Part shown: positions 62,165 through 64,000 of the stretch, one piece after another
How positions within the stretch are numbered: position 1 is the first letter of the stretch
How the letters are laid out: each line of letters opens with the position of its first letter
Assembly (NCBI GenBank): GCA_002441305.1
Contig: DJVT01000014.1
Coordinates: 101,642 to 165,641, forward strand
Direction of reading: 5' to 3'
Source: Candidatus Omnitrophica bacterium UBA6249
GTDB lineage: Bacteria; Omnitrophota; Gorgyraeia; Gygaellales; Profunditerraquicolaceae
Length of the DNA stretch: 64,000 bases
Program-made: the position numbers and the translations under genes
Notes under the pieces: generated by a model
The model's input: only the letters and a program-made list of their open reading frames with translations
What the model was told of the DNA's origin: nothing
Database searches by the model: none

Positions 62165-63049
62165 TTAAACCGAGGAACTTAAAAAAACCTGCCAAGATTT
62201 ATGTTTACTGCGTAATTTGTTGCTTAAATCTTTAGCATGTGCCCGGCCATCACAGATAGCAAATACCGTTGGGCCGCTTCCGGACATCATCGCTTTTTCC
62301 AACCCCATAGAGCAGAAAACACCTTTCACTCTTTTTACCAGGGGGTAGAGGCTGCTGGTAATACTCTCTAAATCATTATAAAGTAATATTTTAACATCAC
62401 GCTTATTTCTTGTCAATCTTGAAATATTCCCGCAAGGCAAAGATTTTTTCCCGCATTTCAGGAGAAAGGAATCGAATTTCTTGTAAACAAAAGGCGTGGA
62501 CACTTTTATGCCGGGATAAACGAGCACAAACCAAAGCTTCGTATGTTTAAGATAATCCAGAGGGGTTATCCTGTCGCCTTTTGCGCCGCCCAAAGCGAAC
62601 CTGGTTTCATAAATAAAAAATGGGACGTCACTGCCGATCCTTGAGCCGATACGGGAAAGCTCTTTCCTGGATAAACGCAGATGCCAGTATTTATTCAGCG
62701 CCAAAAGCACGCTTGCGGCATTTGAAGAACCGCCTCCCAGCCCCGCGCCCACGGGTATGCGCTTATCTATCTTTATATCAAGCCCCGATCCGATCCGGCA
62801 CTTCTTCCTTAAGGCCTCTGCGGCACGCGAACACAGATTGGTTCCGTCTTCAGGCACGTCAGGGTTGGCGCAATATATCTTTATCAGGCCGTCTTCTCTA
62901 TGCCTGATCCTGATCGTATCATGCAAATCTATGCGCGCGAATAATGTATCCAGATTATGGAAATTGTCTTTCCGCCTGCCTAAGATACGCAGGTAAAGAT
63001 TGACCTTGGCAAAAGATTTCACGGCCAAGACAGGGAAGGAGCGTCTCAT
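62165..63049 (-). CDS. ispE: 4-diphosphocytidyl-2-C-methyl-D-erythritol kinase
   Basis: GHMP kinase motif PVGAGLGGGSSNAA, and KVNLYLRILGRR near the N-terminus. Confidence 0.9.
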   Translation of the reverse strand: MRRSFPVLAVKSFAKVNLYLRILGRRKDNFHNLDTLFARIDLHDTIRIRHREDGLIKIYCANPDVPEDGTNLCSRAAEALRKKCRIGSGLDIKIDKRIPVGAGLGGGSSNAASVLLALNKYWHLRLSRKELSRIGSRIGSDVPFFIYETRFALGGAKGDRITPLDYLKHTKLWFVLVYPGIKVSTPFVYKKFDSFLLKCGKKSLPCGNISRLTRNKRDVKILLYNDLESITSSLYPLVKRVKGVFCSMGLEKAMMSGSGPTVFAICDGRAHAKDLSNKLRSKHKSWQVFLSSSV

Positions 63050-63060
63050 AAATTAACTAT

Positions 63061-63996
63061 TTATTCCGGGAAGTTGGATAAAACCGCCTTTTCTATATCC
63101 GCGCCGGTAAGGCTATACTCCTTAAGCAGGTCAGCCGGGTCACCCGACTGGCCGAAACGGTTACGCACGCCGACACGGACGACTTTGCGCGGATAATTCA
63201 GGGAAACCACCTCGTCCACTCCCGAGGCCAGCCCTCCGAAAACATTATGTTCCTCGCATACCAGGATAAGCTTGGTCTCCCTGGCCGCCTTGATTATTGC
63301 GTCTTCATCAAGCGGCCAGATAGTATGCATATTCATCAGGCGGACGCTTATGCCTTTACCTGCCAGGTTTTCCGCGGCCTTGATAGCCTCGGACACCATT
63401 ATCCCGCAGGCGATGATAGTTACATCTCCCCCTTCGCGGATCATCTGGGCTTTCCCGAACTCGAAATCACCGGGGTTGCCGATAGTAGGCACCTTGGCCC
63501 GGCCCAGGCGGATATAAAAAGGGCCTGACGTCCTTGCTGCCGTCATTACTGCCTCGGCCGTTTGCGGACCATCGGCAGGCACGATGATTTTCATATTCGG
63601 GATCACGCGCATAAGCGCTATATCCTCGAGGGCCTGGTGGCTTGCTCCGTCGGGCCCTACGGTAATCCCGGCATGCGTGGCGACTATTTTCACATTAAAA
63701 TTGTTATAGCCTATGGAAACGCGTATCTGGTCCCAGGCGCGCCCCGCGGCGAACACGGCGAAAGTGGAAAGAAAAACCGTTTTACCGCAGCTGGCCAAGC
63801 CCGCTGACACTGCCATCATGTTTTGCTCCGCAACCCCGAAATTAAAAAATCTGCCCGGGAACTTCTTGGCGAAAAGATTCGTACGCGTGGAACTGGAAAG
63901 ATCCGCATCCAATACAACTATGCCTTCGTCCTCCGCGCCAAGCTTCACTAAAGTCTGACCGTAAACATCCCTTTGATAAAGCTGTTCGGCTGTCAC
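63061..63996 (-). CDS. Transketolase, C-terminal (pyrimidine-binding) subunit
   Basis: RDVYGQTLVKLGAEDEGIVVLDADLSSST...FFNFGVAEQNMM. The TCA at 63998-64000 may be the stop of the N-terminal subunit gene. Confidence 0.85.
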   Translation of the reverse strand: MTAEQLYQRDVYGQTLVKLGAEDEGIVVLDADLSSSTRTNLFAKKFPGRFFNFGVAEQNMMAVSAGLASCGKTVFLSTFAVFAAGRAWDQIRVSIGYNNFNVKIVATHAGITVGPDGASHQALEDIALMRVIPNMKIIVPADGPQTAEAVMTAARTSGPFYIRLGRAKVPTIGNPGDFEFGKAQMIREGGDVTIIACGIMVSEAIKAAENLAGKGISVRLMNMHTIWPLDEDAIIKAARETKLILVCEEHNVFGGLASGVDEVVSLNYPRKVVRVGVRNRFGQSGDPADLLKEYSLTGADIEKAVLSNFPE

Positions 63997-64000
63997 TTCA

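Noticed and set aside
1-64000. A scan for CRISPR arrays, rRNA, reverse transcriptase/retron features and transposase/IS elements.
   Set aside because: I saw no regularly spaced repeat-spacer arrays, no rRNA-like sequence, no RT motifs and no transposase ORFs.

Overview
This 64-kb window comes from a diderm, LPS-making bacterium and is almost entirely transcribed on the minus strand. I cannot assign a taxon from the sequence alone. All G+C values below are estimates by eye, not computed.

The core is roughly half G+C. In window order it holds:
- abcF, recR and dnaX, a NIL-domain protein and a MATE exporter
- tRNA-Arg(ACG)-tadA-tRNA-Ser(GCT)
- an alpha-glucan phosphorylase, an RRM RNA-binding protein, phosphoketolase and a PagL-like outer-membrane protein
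- a purine permease, an EFR1-type ferredoxin and serS
- an envelope cluster: lpxI-lpxA-lpxC/fabZ-lpxD-skp-bamA
- dnaB-rplI-rpsR-ssb-rpsF-pth-rplY-prs-glmU
- a frameshifted spoVG, ispE and a transketolase subunit

There are nine tRNA genes: Asn, Ser x4, Arg x2, Lys and Gln. There is also one displaced tRNA-Lys 5' fragment. I saw no rRNA and no CRISPR array.

Four AT-richer accessory segments stand out:
1. **1-5.2 kb.** An operon of a 3-TM protein, an XRE HTH and a giant SF1 helicase of more than 1388 aa. The helicase ORF is absent from the supplied ORF track because its stop lies off-window.
2. **About 5.4-13.6 kb.** An integrative element with divergent XRE regulators, an ImmA-like protein, a PrimPol/DUF3631-like replication protein and a large serine recombinase. 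The recombinase ORF ends inside tRNA-Asn.
3. **About 26-31.3 kb.** An integrase-less block of membrane and secreted proteins next to tRNA-Ser(GGA).
4. **36085-44633.** A tyrosine-integrase island in tRNA-Lys(CTT), bounded by perfect 40-bp repeats that unusually duplicate the 5' half of the tRNA.

The best candidate for a poorly or undescribed system is cargo of the tRNA-Lys island. It is a tightly coupled operon of a coiled-coil ABC ATPase, a 75-aa middle component and a 199-aa protein, with a 55-aa TM peptide upstream. The layout is ABC-3C/Lamassu-like, but no recognisable enzymatic effector is present.
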